From Verrucomicrobiales bacterium (GTDB lineage: Bacteria > Verrucomicrobiota > Verrucomicrobiia > Limisphaerales > J093), in assembly GCA_015075445.1 (NCBI GenBank), contig JABTUJ010000001.1, forward strand, positions 167,059-231,058: a DNA stretch of 64,000 bases, given 5' to 3'. A model generated the notes under the pieces. It saw nothing but the letters and a program-made list of their open reading frames with translations, had not been told where the DNA came from and made no database searches. Of this stretch, positions 7,368 to 16,596 are shown piece by piece; position 1 is the stretch's first letter, and each line of letters opens with the position of its first letter. The translations under genes were made by a program, and so were the position numbers.

Positions 7368-10300
7368 ATGCCCGGCCTGGCAGCGTGTCGGCCTTCCCAA
7401 GTTCGACGAGCGCCCTGGCGCAACGCTTGGTCCCTGGTGCTGGTGGGCGTTGCGGTTTGGTTCTCCGTCGCGGGTAGCCCTGCGGCCGTCCCTGCCACGG
7501 CGCCGCTTCGCATCGCCTTCCTCGCCGCGGAACCGGCCGTGCCGGAGATGGGCCCGCACAATCGGGCGGCGTGGGAAACCGCGCAAGCGATTGGCACGGC
7601 CACCCTGCTGGTGTCCCGCCCGGGCGGGCAGTTTGCGGATGCGTCCGGGCAACCGCGCGAGCTGGCCGGGTTTGATGTGGTTTGGCACCACCAGGGAGAC
7701 TCGATCCGGCGAACCGTTCTGCACGGGGGGCCGCACCTGGCGGCGATCCGGCGCTTCGCCGAACAGGGTGGGGGCGTGCTGCTCTCCGGTGGCGCGTTGG
7801 CGATGGTGGACAATCTCGGGCTCGAGCCCGACGTCCGCGCGCAACGGCACGAGCTCGAGAACTACCGGGATCCGGCGGCGCTGGTGGCGGTCGTGCCGGC
7901 GCACCCGGTGTTTGTGGGCTTGGCCGCCGAGCGCGATCGGATCTGGCTCAGCCAGGGAGGTTGTCCGGCGGTTGCGGACTTCTACTGGGGCGGGCCTGGG
8001 GAGGGTCGGGTGCTGGGGAACACGCTGGACGGCGTCCGAAAACCGCTCGTGGAATACGCGGTGGGCACGGGACGCCTGATCGCCTTCGGCTGGCGCTGGC
8101 CCGACTATGCCGACCGCGAAAACGCGCACCGCGGGAACCTGGTGCGGCTCACGGCGAATCTCCTGCATTACCTCGCCGATGCGCGCCAATGGCAGCCGGT
8201 CGTCATTCCCTCGAAGTTCCCGCCGGTTGCGGATCCTGCGGAACCGGGCATCGCACCAGCGCGCTGGCGGGCCTTGCACCTGGCGATCGACGACCTGGTC
8301 AACGAGTTTGGTGAGCGCTACCCAGACGGCGCGCGCTACTGCGCCCAGCTCGACGCTCTTGAGGCCGAACATGCCCGCCTGCCGCGCTCGGGCGACCGGG
8401 CGGCCTTCGCCTCGCTGGTGGCGCGCTTCGAGGCCCTGCAGCGGGAGGCCTTGCTGGCGAATCCCCGGCTGGACTTCGACCGGCTGCTGATGATCCGGCG
8501 CCGGGCGGATCGGCTGGGCCTGCCGATGAACTACCACGGCAACACCGATATTGCTGCCACCGGTTACAAGAACACCCTCGTGGCTTTGTCGCCCGTGGCG
8601 CCGGACGGCAGGATCGAGACGGTGTACCGGCCCGACGGAGATCGTTTCATCGGCGACCTTGACTTGCACTACGACGGGGACAAGGTGCTGCTCTCGATCC
8701 CCGACGCCGGCGGACGCTGGGGCCTGGCGGAACTGGACTTGAACCGCGGCATCTTGCGCGCGCTGCCGTTGATCGACGATCCCGACGTCCACAACTACGA
8801 CGGGTGCTATCTGCCGGACGAGAGCATCGTGTTCACCTCGACGGCGCCGTTCATCGGGGTGCCGTGTGTGGGCGGCAGCTCGCTGGTCGCCAATCTCTAT
8901 CGCTTCGGTCCGGGCGGGAGGATCCGGCGCCTGACGAACGACCAGGACCACAACTGGTGCCCCGCGGTGCTCAACCACGGTCGCCTGCTCTACCAGCGTT
9001 GGGAGTATGCGGACATTGCCCATGCGTTCACCCGGCTGCTCTTCCAGGCCAACCCGGATGGCACGGGTCAGATGGAGTACTACGGCAGCAACTCCTATTG
9101 GCCCACCGCGCTGTTCTACGCCCGTCCCGTGCCCGGCCACCCCACGAAGGTCGTCGCCGTGGTCGGGGGGCATCACGACGCGCCGCGACAGGGCGAACTG
9201 GTGGTGTTGGATCCGGCCTTGGGGCGGCACGAGACCCGCGGCGTCGTGCAGCGCATCCCGGGTTATGGAGAGAAGGTCGAGCCGGTCATTCTCGATGGGC
9301 TGGCGGCCTCGAGTTGGCCGCGGTTTCTGCACCCCTATCCGCTCGGCGAAAAGCATTTCCTGGTGGCGTGCCGACCGACGAAGGCGTCGCTCTGGGGCGT
9401 GTACCTCGTGGATGTGTTCGACAACTTTGTGTTGCTGCACGAAGAACCCGGCTGGGCCTTCCTCGAACCCACTCCGTGGCGCCCGACGCCGCGCCCACCG
9501 GTCGTGCCGGATCGTACCGACCCCGACAGCCGCGAGGCCACGGTGCTGCTCGCGGACATCTATCGTGGACCGGGTCTGGAGGGGGTGCCGCGCGGGACGG
9601 TGAAGGCGCTGCGGCTGACGAGCTACACGTTCACTTTTCACGGTCTGGGCGCCGAACCCGATCGCGTGGGCTTGGACGGTCCGTGGGACGTCAAGCGCAT
9701 CCTGGGCACCGTGCCGGTGGAGACGGATGGCTCCGCCAACTTCCGTGTCCCCGCCGACACGCCGGTGAGCCTGCAACCGCTGGACGCCGACGGAAAGGCG
9801 CTGGCACTGATGCGCAGTTGGATGACCGCGGTGCCGGGCGAGGTGTTGTCGTGCGTCGGTTGTCACGAGCCGCAGAATTCGACCGTGCCCGTGGGGGACC
9901 GACCGCTGGCTTTGCGGCGCGCGCCCTCGACGATTCAGCCGTGGTACGGACCGGCCCGGGGTTTTTCCTTCGAGCGCGAAGTGCAGCCGGTGCTTAATGC
10001 GAGGTGCGTGGCCTGCCACCACGGAGGGCCGTTGGCCGATGGGCAGGCGACGTTTGACCTGCGCGCCCGACCCGCTGCGCGGGTCCCGTCGGCCTTTCAA
10101 ATGCACTTCTCGCCGGCCTACATGGAACTCCGCCGCTGGGTGCACACGCCCACGCTCGAGAGCGACGCGCACCTGCTGCCGCCGCGCGATTTCCACGCGG
10201 ATACGAGCCGGCTGATCCAGATCCTGCGGGACGGGCATTACGGGGTCGCGCTCAGCCCGGAAGCCTGGGATCGCCTGATCACCTGGATCGACCTCAACGC

Positions 10301-11390
10301 CCCGTATCACGGTACCTGGCAGGAGGTGGTGGCGTCGAACCCCACCAAGCTCGCCGCCGCTCGGCACGGCGCCCAACGCCGTCGGGCGCTCGACGCCGCG
10401 ACCACGTGCCTGGAGGACGTGCCCGACGCTATTCATCCCGCCGCGGTGCTCGAAGCGGTGCCCGCGCCCGGTCCCTCCGCAGACTTCGTCGCCCTGGATT
10501 TCCGCGAAGCGGAACTGCCCGCCGATCCGAATGGCCTGAACCCGTCGTCAGGGTCCGCGTCGGTCGTTTGCGTGGCCCTGGGCGGTGGCGTTTCGCTGGA
10601 CCTGATCCGGGTCGAGCCCGGCCGGTTTGTGATGGGTGCCGACCGCGGTTATCCGAACGAACGCCCGGCCCACGCGCGGGTGATCGAGCGTCCTTTCCTC
10701 ATGGGGCGGTTCGAGGTTTCCAACGCGCAGTTCCGCTGTTTCGATCCCGCCCACGACAGCGGGCTCGAGACTGGTGAAGCCTATCAGTTCGGTGATGACG
10801 AGCGTGGGTTCACGCTGAACCGGCCCGAGCAGCCCGTGGTCCGGGTTTCCTGGGAACGGGCCATGGCCTTCTGCCAATGGCTTTCGGAACGCACGGGCCG
10901 ACGCTTCACGCTGCCGACCGAAGCGCAGTGGGAATACGCCTGCCGCGCCGGGACGAGCACGCCGTTGTCGTACGGCACGCTGGACACGGACTTCAGCCCC
11001 TTCGCCAACCTGTCCGATGCCACGCATTACACGGTCTATTACCCGCATGTCCCGGACGCCCTGCCGTCCTGGCGCCCGGCGGACACGCGCTTCGACGACC
11101 GCTGGCGCGTCGCGGCTCCCGTCGGGTCGTTCCAGCCGAACCCCTGGGGACTTCACGACCTGCACGGCAACGTGGCGGAGTGGACCCGGTCGGATTACCG
11201 CGCTTATTCCGCCGCGGCGTCCGCCGACGAGGAAGACTTCGCGGTCGGTCCGGGCACGCGGAAGGTGGTCCGGGGTGGTTCGTGGTTCGACCTGCCGCGG
11301 CGCAGTCGGTCGGCGTTCCGCCTGCACTACGAAGCCTCGCAGGCGGTGGGCGACGTCGGATTCCGCGTGGTCTGCGAGGAAGGGTCCTGA
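7368..11390 (+). CDS. large multidomain secreted protein: GATase1/ThuA-like N-domain, beta-propeller-like middle, two CxxCH motifs, C-terminal formylglycine-generating-enzyme (SUMF1/FGE) domain
   Basis: ORF 7203..11390 trimmed to ATG 7368 (upstream codons are the REP element). Signal-like WSLVLVGVAVWFSVAGSPAAV. CVGCH at 9853-9867 and CVACH at 10005-10019. C-terminus RVEPGRFVMG...NERPAHARVIERPFLMGRFEVSNAQF...RVSWERAMAFCQWLSERTGRRFTLPTEAQWEYACRAGT...NPWGLHDLHGNVAEWT...VVRGGSW is a classic FGE-sulfatase domain. Confidence 0.75.
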   Translation: MPGLAACRPSQVRRAPWRNAWSLVLVGVAVWFSVAGSPAAVPATAPLRIAFLAAEPAVPEMGPHNRAAWETAQAIGTATLLVSRPGGQFADASGQPRELAGFDVVWHHQGDSIRRTVLHGGPHLAAIRRFAEQGGGVLLSGGALAMVDNLGLEPDVRAQRHELENYRDPAALVAVVPAHPVFVGLAAERDRIWLSQGGCPAVADFYWGGPGEGRVLGNTLDGVRKPLVEYAVGTGRLIAFGWRWPDYADRENAHRGNLVRLTANLLHYLADARQWQPVVIPSKFPPVADPAEPGIAPARWRALHLAIDDLVNEFGERYPDGARYCAQLDALEAEHARLPRSGDRAAFASLVARFEALQREALLANPRLDFDRLLMIRRRADRLGLPMNYHGNTDIAATGYKNTLVALSPVAPDGRIETVYRPDGDRFIGDLDLHYDGDKVLLSIPDAGGRWGLAELDLNRGILRALPLIDDPDVHNYDGCYLPDESIVFTSTAPFIGVPCVGGSSLVANLYRFGPGGRIRRLTNDQDHNWCPAVLNHGRLLYQRWEYADIAHAFTRLLFQANPDGTGQMEYYGSNSYWPTALFYARPVPGHPTKVVAVVGGHHDAPRQGELVVLDPALGRHETRGVVQRIPGYGEKVEPVILDGLAASSWPRFLHPYPLGEKHFLVACRPTKASLWGVYLVDVFDNFVLLHEEPGWAFLEPTPWRPTPRPPVVPDRTDPDSREATVLLADIYRGPGLEGVPRGTVKALRLTSYTFTFHGLGAEPDRVGLDGPWDVKRILGTVPVETDGSANFRVPADTPVSLQPLDADGKALALMRSWMTAVPGEVLSCVGCHEPQNSTVPVGDRPLALRRAPSTIQPWYGPARGFSFEREVQPVLNARCVACHHGGPLADGQATFDLRARPAARVPSAFQMHFSPAYMELRRWVHTPTLESDAHLLPPRDFHADTSRLIQILRDGHYGVALSPEAWDRLITWIDLNAPYHGTWQEVVASNPTKLAAARHGAQRRRALDAATTCLEDVPDAIHPAAVLEAVPAPGPSADFVALDFREAELPADPNGLNPSSGSASVVCVALGGGVSLDLIRVEPGRFVMGADRGYPNERPAHARVIERPFLMGRFEVSNAQFRCFDPAHDSGLETGEAYQFGDDERGFTLNRPEQPVVRVSWERAMAFCQWLSERTGRRFTLPTEAQWEYACRAGTSTPLSYGTLDTDFSPFANLSDATHYTVYYPHVPDALPSWRPADTRFDDRWRVAAPVGSFQPNPWGLHDLHGNVAEWTRSDYRAYSAAASADEEDFAVGPGTRKVVRGGSWFDLPRRSRSAFRLHYEASQAVGDVGFRVVCEEGS

Positions 11391-11403
11391 AGGTTCAGGG
11401 GAA

Positions 11404-12762
11404 TCAAGCGGGTCCGGAAGTCACGGGGAACTTCCACGGTGCCCGGTACTCGGGAATCGCCGCGCGCGCCGCCTCGGGATCCCCGACGATTTTCTCGGTG
11501 TCCGGATCGAAGCGGATCGAGCGCCCCAGCTTCAGCGACAGGACACTCAGCACGATGGGCACATCCACCTTTACGTGATGAAAGACGCTGCAACTGGGCT
11601 GCTGGCGCGAGTGGATGCAATCCAGCCATTCCCGCTCCTGGCCGGGTGAAGGTGGGATGGACGGCGGCGGTACCGGCTTGTGCTTCAGGCCATCGCCCTC
11701 CGACACGAGCGTCGAGGCGCCCAGGTAATCGGCGTAGAGGGTGCCATTGACGCCGTGGAAGTAGACGCCCAGCCGGGTGCGCGGCTGGGGGTCGCCCTGC
11801 AGGTCGAAGCCGTAGCTGTTCGTGATCGACATCATCCAGGTCAGCGTCAGGTTCGGATACCGCCACAGCACCTCGTGATGGTCGTAAGCGTCGCCGTCGT
11901 CGCGAACGACGAACCGACCGCCCGAGGCGCTGGTGACGAGCGGGTAACCCAGATCCAGCGCGGTGATGGGGAGGTCCAGCATGTGCGGCCCATTGCCGGG
12001 GGTCCAACCGCCGCTGTAGTCCATCCACGAGCAGTGATGATAGGCGTCGGACGCCAGCAGGCGGTTGTACGGCCGCAGGGGACCGGGGCCGCACCACAGA
12101 TCCCAGTCCAGCCCCTCGGGCGGGTCTTGATACCCGCCGGTGCCGATGCCGCGCGGCGACTGGTTCATGACGTTGAAGGCGCGGGCCACGCCGATGGGGC
12201 CGAGGTTTCCGGACCGCACATATTCGATGACGCGGTGATGTTCCGGGCGGGCGTGGTGCTGGGTGCCCACCTGGCTGATGCGGCCGTGTTTGCGGACGGC
12301 ATCGCGCACGGCCAGGCTTTCGGCCAGGTGCAGCGTCATGGGTTTCTGGATGTAAAGGTCCTTGCCCGCTTCGCAGGCGGCGATGGCCTGGAGGGCATGC
12401 CAGTGGGGCAGGGTGCCGATGATCACGGCATCCAGATCGCGTTGCGCGAGCAGCTCACGGTAATCGCGGTAACCGCGGCAGGTGTCCTTGTAGCGCTGGA
12501 CGACGGGTTCGAGCCGGTTCTCGTCGGCGTCGCAGACCGCGGTCACCACGACGTCCGGGTGCGCGGCGCAGTTGCTCAGGTTCACGCGGCCCATGTGGCC
12601 GCAGCCGATCAGGCCGAGGTGAATCCGGCGGTTCGGCCGCGTGCTGGCCGAGGGGGTGGGGTCGGCGGCGGACGCCAGGTGAGGCGCGGCGAAGCCGATG
12701 GCGCTGAGGGTGGCCGCCTTCTCGAGGAAAGCTCGGCGGGGAAGCGAGCGGGAAGCGTTCAT
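11404..12762 (-). CDS. Gfo/Idh/MocA family oxidoreductase with twin-arginine (Tat) signal
   Basis: ORF 11404..12891 trimmed to ATG 12762. MNASRSLPRRAFLEKAATLSAIGFAAPHLASA is a Tat-type signal. IHLGLIGCGHMG Rossmann motif. The remainder is typical of the Gfo/Idh/MocA fold. Confidence 0.75.
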   Translation of the reverse strand: MNASRSLPRRAFLEKAATLSAIGFAAPHLASAADPTPSASTRPNRRIHLGLIGCGHMGRVNLSNCAAHPDVVVTAVCDADENRLEPVVQRYKDTCRGYRDYRELLAQRDLDAVIIGTLPHWHALQAIAACEAGKDLYIQKPMTLHLAESLAVRDAVRKHGRISQVGTQHHARPEHHRVIEYVRSGNLGPIGVARAFNVMNQSPRGIGTGGYQDPPEGLDWDLWCGPGPLRPYNRLLASDAYHHCSWMDYSGGWTPGNGPHMLDLPITALDLGYPLVTSASGGRFVVRDDGDAYDHHEVLWRYPNLTLTWMMSITNSYGFDLQGDPQPRTRLGVYFHGVNGTLYADYLGASTLVSEGDGLKHKPVPPPSIPPSPGQEREWLDCIHSRQQPSCSVFHHVKVDVPIVLSVLSLKLGRSIRFDPDTEKIVGDPEAARAAIPEYRAPWKFPVTSGPA

Positions 12763-12933
12763 GGTGGTCGGGCGACAGCCTGCGGAAACGCGCGCGCCGG
12801 CGCAAGGAGGACGATGTCGCGGCAGTAGCGCAGTCGGGGGAGAAAAGGAGGAGGAGCCAGGAAAAGCGCCTTTTCTTTCCGGGCCGGGCACCTACACTCC
12901 TCCGCTTATTTGACACGACCACCCGCGCTTGCT

Positions 12934-15000
12934 ATGGCCGAAGACAAATCCGCGGTTCAACCGCTCCCTGCCCCACCGCTTGCCCCCCTGAAGCTGAAGC
13001 CGCGTCTGGCGCCCACGCCGCGGCAGGCGCCGCGCTACGCCGTGACGGTGCGGCAGTCCGACGGCACGGAGGTGGTGCTTGCAGACCCGCGGGCGACCCG
13101 GGCGTTGGTGGCGCTGATGAACGTCCACGCGGTGAACGGGGGCGCTGCCTGCCACTGGGGCGGACCGGCGGCGTTTGCCGAGATCAATGCCGCCCTCCAC
13201 GGGCTGATGTTCGCCGTGCGGGACCGCGAATGGTACGAGGCGTTCAACTACGTGAACGACGCCGGGCACACCGAGAACGGGCTGTACGCGTTGCGGGCGA
13301 ACTACGGCTTTGACGGTCTGACCTTCGAGGCGCTCAAGGGATTTCGCAGCCTGGCGAGCAAGCTGACCGGGCACGGCGAGTCGCACCTGAATCCCGAGGG
13401 CGTGCTGCTGAGCAACGGCCCGCTCGGCTCGGCGCTGCCGCAGGCGCAAGGCCTGGCCCTGGCCGACAAGCTTGCCGGCAACGACCGCCTCACGATCGCC
13501 GTGGTCTCGGATGGTGCGGCGATGGAAGGGGAGGCGAAGGAGGCTTTTGCGGCCATCCCCGGCCTGGCCGCCAAGGGCCGGCTGAACCCGTTCGTGCTGA
13601 TCCTGTCGGACAACGACACCAAGTTGTCGGGGCGCATCAGCAAGGACGCATTCAGCATGGCGCCCACGTTGGCGGCCTTCGCGGCGCTGGGCTGGCGCGT
13701 GATGGACGTCCCGAACGGCCACGATCTTCCTGCGGTGTACCAGGCGCTGGAGGGGGCGATGGCGCAGGCGAAAGCCGACCCGCGCCAACCGGTGTGTGTG
13801 CGGTGCAAGACCATCAAGGGTTACGGAGTCAAGGCCACGGTCGAGAGTGCGTCGGGCGGCCACGGCTTCCCGCTGAGCAGCGGCGAGAAGATCGTCGAGT
13901 TCGTCAGCGAGATCTACGACGGCGCACCGCCGGCCGAGTTCGGCGACTGGGCCAGGGCGTTGCGTGCCGAATGGGAGGCGAAGGAGGCCGCGAAGCAGGC
14001 CAAGCCCGCCGCCGCGGCGCCGGCCCCACCACCGGTCAAGAAGGACAAGGTGCAGAGCGGGCTCGCGCGGGGCGCCATCCGGGCGGCCCAGGCGGGTTAC
14101 CCGGTGTTCTCCGTGTCCTCGGACGTGCAGGGCTCGACCGGGATCAGCCCGTTTCAGAAGAGCTTCCCCGATCGCTGGGTCGAGGTGGGGGTGGCCGAGG
14201 CGAACATGGTCAGCACCGGGGCGGGCCTGTCGAAGCACGGGTTCATTCCCATCGTGGACACCTTCGCTCAGTTCGGCGGCACCAAAGGCAACCTGCCGCT
14301 CACGATGGCGGCGCTCTCCCAGGCACCGGTGATCGCCATCTTCTCGCACGCCGGGTTGCAGGACGCCGCCGACGGCGCGTCGCACCAGGCCACGACGTAT
14401 CTGGCGGCGGTCAGCGCGATCCCGCACACCGTGGTGGTGGCGCCCTCCTGTGCCGAGGAGGCGGAGGCACTCATGTTCGAAGCCATCCAGCGCCTGGGCG
14501 ATGCCCGCGCGAAGGGTGAGGACGGCGAGAGCGTGGTGTTCTTCGTCGGACGTGAGAATTACCCGGTCCGTTGGCGCGAAGGCGCGGCCTACCCGTGGGG
14601 CCGGGCGCAGGTGTTGGCGGAGGGAACCGACGTGGTGTTGGTGGGCTGCGGCACGCTGACGAGCAAGGTTATCGAGGCGGGGAAGGCGTTGGCTGCGGAA
14701 GGGCTGAAGGCGGCGGTGGTGCATCATCCGTTTGTGAACCGGCCGGACACTGGCACCCTCGCGCCCCTGGTGCAGGCGTGCGGCGGACGGCTGGTGACGA
14801 TTGAAGATCACCAGGTCATCGGCGGATTGGGCGCCCAACTTTCCCATGCCCTGTCCCGCGCCGGCACGGCGCATCGGGTCGTTTCCCTCGGCATCGCCGG
14901 CGAGTTCGGCCAATCGGCGTACGTGGCCGAGCAACTGTACGAGAAGCACGGGCTGACTGCCGCCCGGGTGATGGAGGCCGCCCGTCAACTCCTCTGCTGA
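12934..15000 (+). CDS. transketolase-family protein (fused N- and C-terminal halves)
   Basis: ORF 12910..15000 with ATG at 12934. TPP-binding-like VVSDGAAMEGEAKEAF...LILSDNDTKLSG. Pyrimidine-binding half FPDRWVEVGVAEANMVSTGAGLS...SHAGLQDAADGASHQ. Confidence 0.7.
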   Translation: MAEDKSAVQPLPAPPLAPLKLKPRLAPTPRQAPRYAVTVRQSDGTEVVLADPRATRALVALMNVHAVNGGAACHWGGPAAFAEINAALHGLMFAVRDREWYEAFNYVNDAGHTENGLYALRANYGFDGLTFEALKGFRSLASKLTGHGESHLNPEGVLLSNGPLGSALPQAQGLALADKLAGNDRLTIAVVSDGAAMEGEAKEAFAAIPGLAAKGRLNPFVLILSDNDTKLSGRISKDAFSMAPTLAAFAALGWRVMDVPNGHDLPAVYQALEGAMAQAKADPRQPVCVRCKTIKGYGVKATVESASGGHGFPLSSGEKIVEFVSEIYDGAPPAEFGDWARALRAEWEAKEAAKQAKPAAAAPAPPPVKKDKVQSGLARGAIRAAQAGYPVFSVSSDVQGSTGISPFQKSFPDRWVEVGVAEANMVSTGAGLSKHGFIPIVDTFAQFGGTKGNLPLTMAALSQAPVIAIFSHAGLQDAADGASHQATTYLAAVSAIPHTVVVAPSCAEEAEALMFEAIQRLGDARAKGEDGESVVFFVGRENYPVRWREGAAYPWGRAQVLAEGTDVVLVGCGTLTSKVIEAGKALAAEGLKAAVVHHPFVNRPDTGTLAPLVQACGGRLVTIEDHQVIGGLGAQLSHALSRAGTAHRVVSLGIAGEFGQSAYVAEQLYEKHGLTAARVMEAARQLLC

Positions 15001-15009
15001 CTTCCCCTC

Positions 15010-15420
15010 ATGGACCCGATCAGGACCTTCTTCCGGGGCGACCGCTATGCCGCGCACAGCGGCATTGAGTTGCTCGAAGTGAAGCCGGGCTACGCGCGGG
15101 CGCGCATGCCGCTGAGCGCGATGCACCTGAACGGCCTCGACATCGCGCACGGCGGCGCCATCTTCACGCTCGCGGACTTCGCCTTCGCCCTGGCCTCGAA
15201 CTCCCACGGCACCATCGCGGTGGCCATCAACACCAACATGACCATCATGAAGGCCACCAAGGCCGGCACGTTGTGGGCAGAAGCGCGTGAGGTCTCGAAG
15301 AACCCGCGGCTCGGCAACTACACGGTCGAGGTGCGGGACGATGCCGGCGATCTGGTGGCGCTATTCCAGGGCCTGGCTTACCGCAAGAGCGAGCCGCTGC
15401 CGGTGCCCCCGGCGACATGA
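15010..15420 (+). CDS. PaaI-family hotdog-fold thioesterase
   Basis: MHLNGLDIAHGGAIFTLADFAFALA...GTLWAEAREVSKNPRLGNYTVEVRDDAGDLVALFQGLAYR matches the PaaI/4HBT pattern. Confidence 0.75.
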   Translation: MDPIRTFFRGDRYAAHSGIELLEVKPGYARARMPLSAMHLNGLDIAHGGAIFTLADFAFALASNSHGTIAVAINTNMTIMKATKAGTLWAEAREVSKNPRLGNYTVEVRDDAGDLVALFQGLAYRKSEPLPVPPAT

Positions 15421-15496
15421 AGTCTGGCACGGCGGACGCCTGGCCGTCCTCGGTCCGGAGGCCAGAGGCGCCGGCGCCAGCCGCGAAGTCCTCGGT

Positions 15497-16318
15497 TCAG
15501 ATCGGTCGTGCTTTCACGGCACGGCGACGCAGGGCCTCGAGCTCGGTTTTGAGCGGCTGCCAGTAAACGCGGTCCCGGTCGCGTTCGGCTTGCTCTTCCT
15601 CGGCCAACGCGAGTTCAAGCTCTCGGCGGGCTTTGGCCAAGGCAGACTCCAACAGGGGGCGCGACCCCTGAAGTTCCCTGGCCAACTCCATCCACCGCGC
15701 GGTGGCTTCGACCAGGAATTCCGGGGTGCGCAGTTCCCGCAGCCAGAAGGCGGCGTGTCCGGACTGGGGTGCGGCGCGGTGTTGCAGGTAATGGGCTTCC
15801 ACCAGCCTCCTGAGCATGGGCCAGTCCTTGGCGCGTTGGGTCTTCTTGGCTTGGACCAGGTCGGGCAATGCCAGCAGTTCGTACCGTTCCCCGTGCGGAT
15901 CCTCCACGGTGGTTCGACGTTTCCAGAGCTCGAGAAAGGGAGCGACACCGCGCAGGACCGACATCACATCGATGCGGATGCCGGCGACGTCGGGGTGCTG
16001 GCAGCGGAAATGGACGGCGTGTCCGCGCTGCAAGTACTCGAGGTGAAACGGCGGGACGGCGATGCAGGTCGCCTGCAGTTCGGCCAGGGCGGCATCTAAC
16101 CGCCTCAGGTTTTCGGGTTCGGCCAGGAGGACGTAATCCGTGTCCCGGCTAAATTCGGCCGCGCCGTAGAACACGCAGGCCTGACCGCCCATCAAGAGGG
16201 CCTGGACCTGGTGCGCCGCCATCGTAGAAAGGACTTTCTGGATCGGATTCGGGATCAAGGGAACCTCCGACGTGCAGATAATGAGCCCAAAGTCGGCTCG
16301 TTTCGCGCCAGCGCTCAA
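15497..16318 (-). CDS. nucleotidyltransferase-fold protein (minimal NTase-like, function unknown), locus 1
   Basis: IQKVLSTMAAHQVQALLMGGQACVFYGAAEFSRDTDYVL shows the GGxAxxxxGxxRxTxDxD NTase signature. Paralogous to 36145-36690. The true start is unclear (ATG 16318, ATG 16222, or fusion to the upstream small ORF). Confidence 0.55.
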   Translation of the reverse strand: MSAGAKRADFGLIICTSEVPLIPNPIQKVLSTMAAHQVQALLMGGQACVFYGAAEFSRDTDYVLLAEPENLRRLDAALAELQATCIAVPPFHLEYLQRGHAVHFRCQHPDVAGIRIDVMSVLRGVAPFLELWKRRTTVEDPHGERYELLALPDLVQAKKTQRAKDWPMLRRLVEAHYLQHRAAPQSGHAAFWLRELRTPEFLVEATARWMELARELQGSRPLLESALAKARRELELALAEEEQAERDRDRVYWQPLKTELEALRRRAVKARPI

Positions 16319-16379
16319 GCGGGGTCAGCGCATACCAATCAACCCATTCGCCTTCGATCACGGATTCAGGATCGATCAC
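16149..16379 (-). CDS. small hypothetical protein overlapping the NTase 5' end, locus 1
   Basis: 76-aa ORF with a GTG start. ...WYALTPLERWRETSRLWAHYLHVGGSL resembles the N-part of ORF 36071..36274 (...ERWQIHENFLRSHGL). Its last roughly 25 codons overlap the NTase frame and look non-native. Confidence 0.4.
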   Translation of the reverse strand: MIDPESVIEGEWVDWYALTPLERWRETSRLWAHYLHVGGSLDPESDPESPFYDGGAPGPGPLDGRSGLRVLRRGRI

Positions 16380-16596
16380 GGCGCATACCTAACGGGTCTT
16401 TGTGGATGGCGCAAGCTGCGAGTCCACAGTCAGTCGAGACCCCCTCCTGCGCACCACGGTTCAACCCCGGGGAATGTTCCGGGCACTCGCATGTACCCGA
16501 CGACGGACCCTGCATCACCGACTGCACGACCACGGAGCCTCGAACCCGCGGTCCTTTCCCCTTGTCTCCGCCGGGCCTTCTGTTACGACGGCGCGC

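Noticed and set aside
7338-10436. Very long ORFs on the opposite strand of called genes: 7338..10436(-), 4981..6534(-), 12892..15207(-), 25165..26367(-), 26552..29593(+), 42631..44292(-), 47109..48938(-), 51574..54906(-), and 21496..23535 as part of a plus-strand ORF.
   Set aside because: These are antisense 'shadow' ORFs typical of high-GC DNA. Their translations are Arg/Pro/Gly-rich low-complexity strings with no recognisable motifs, whereas the opposite strand carries clear family signatures.
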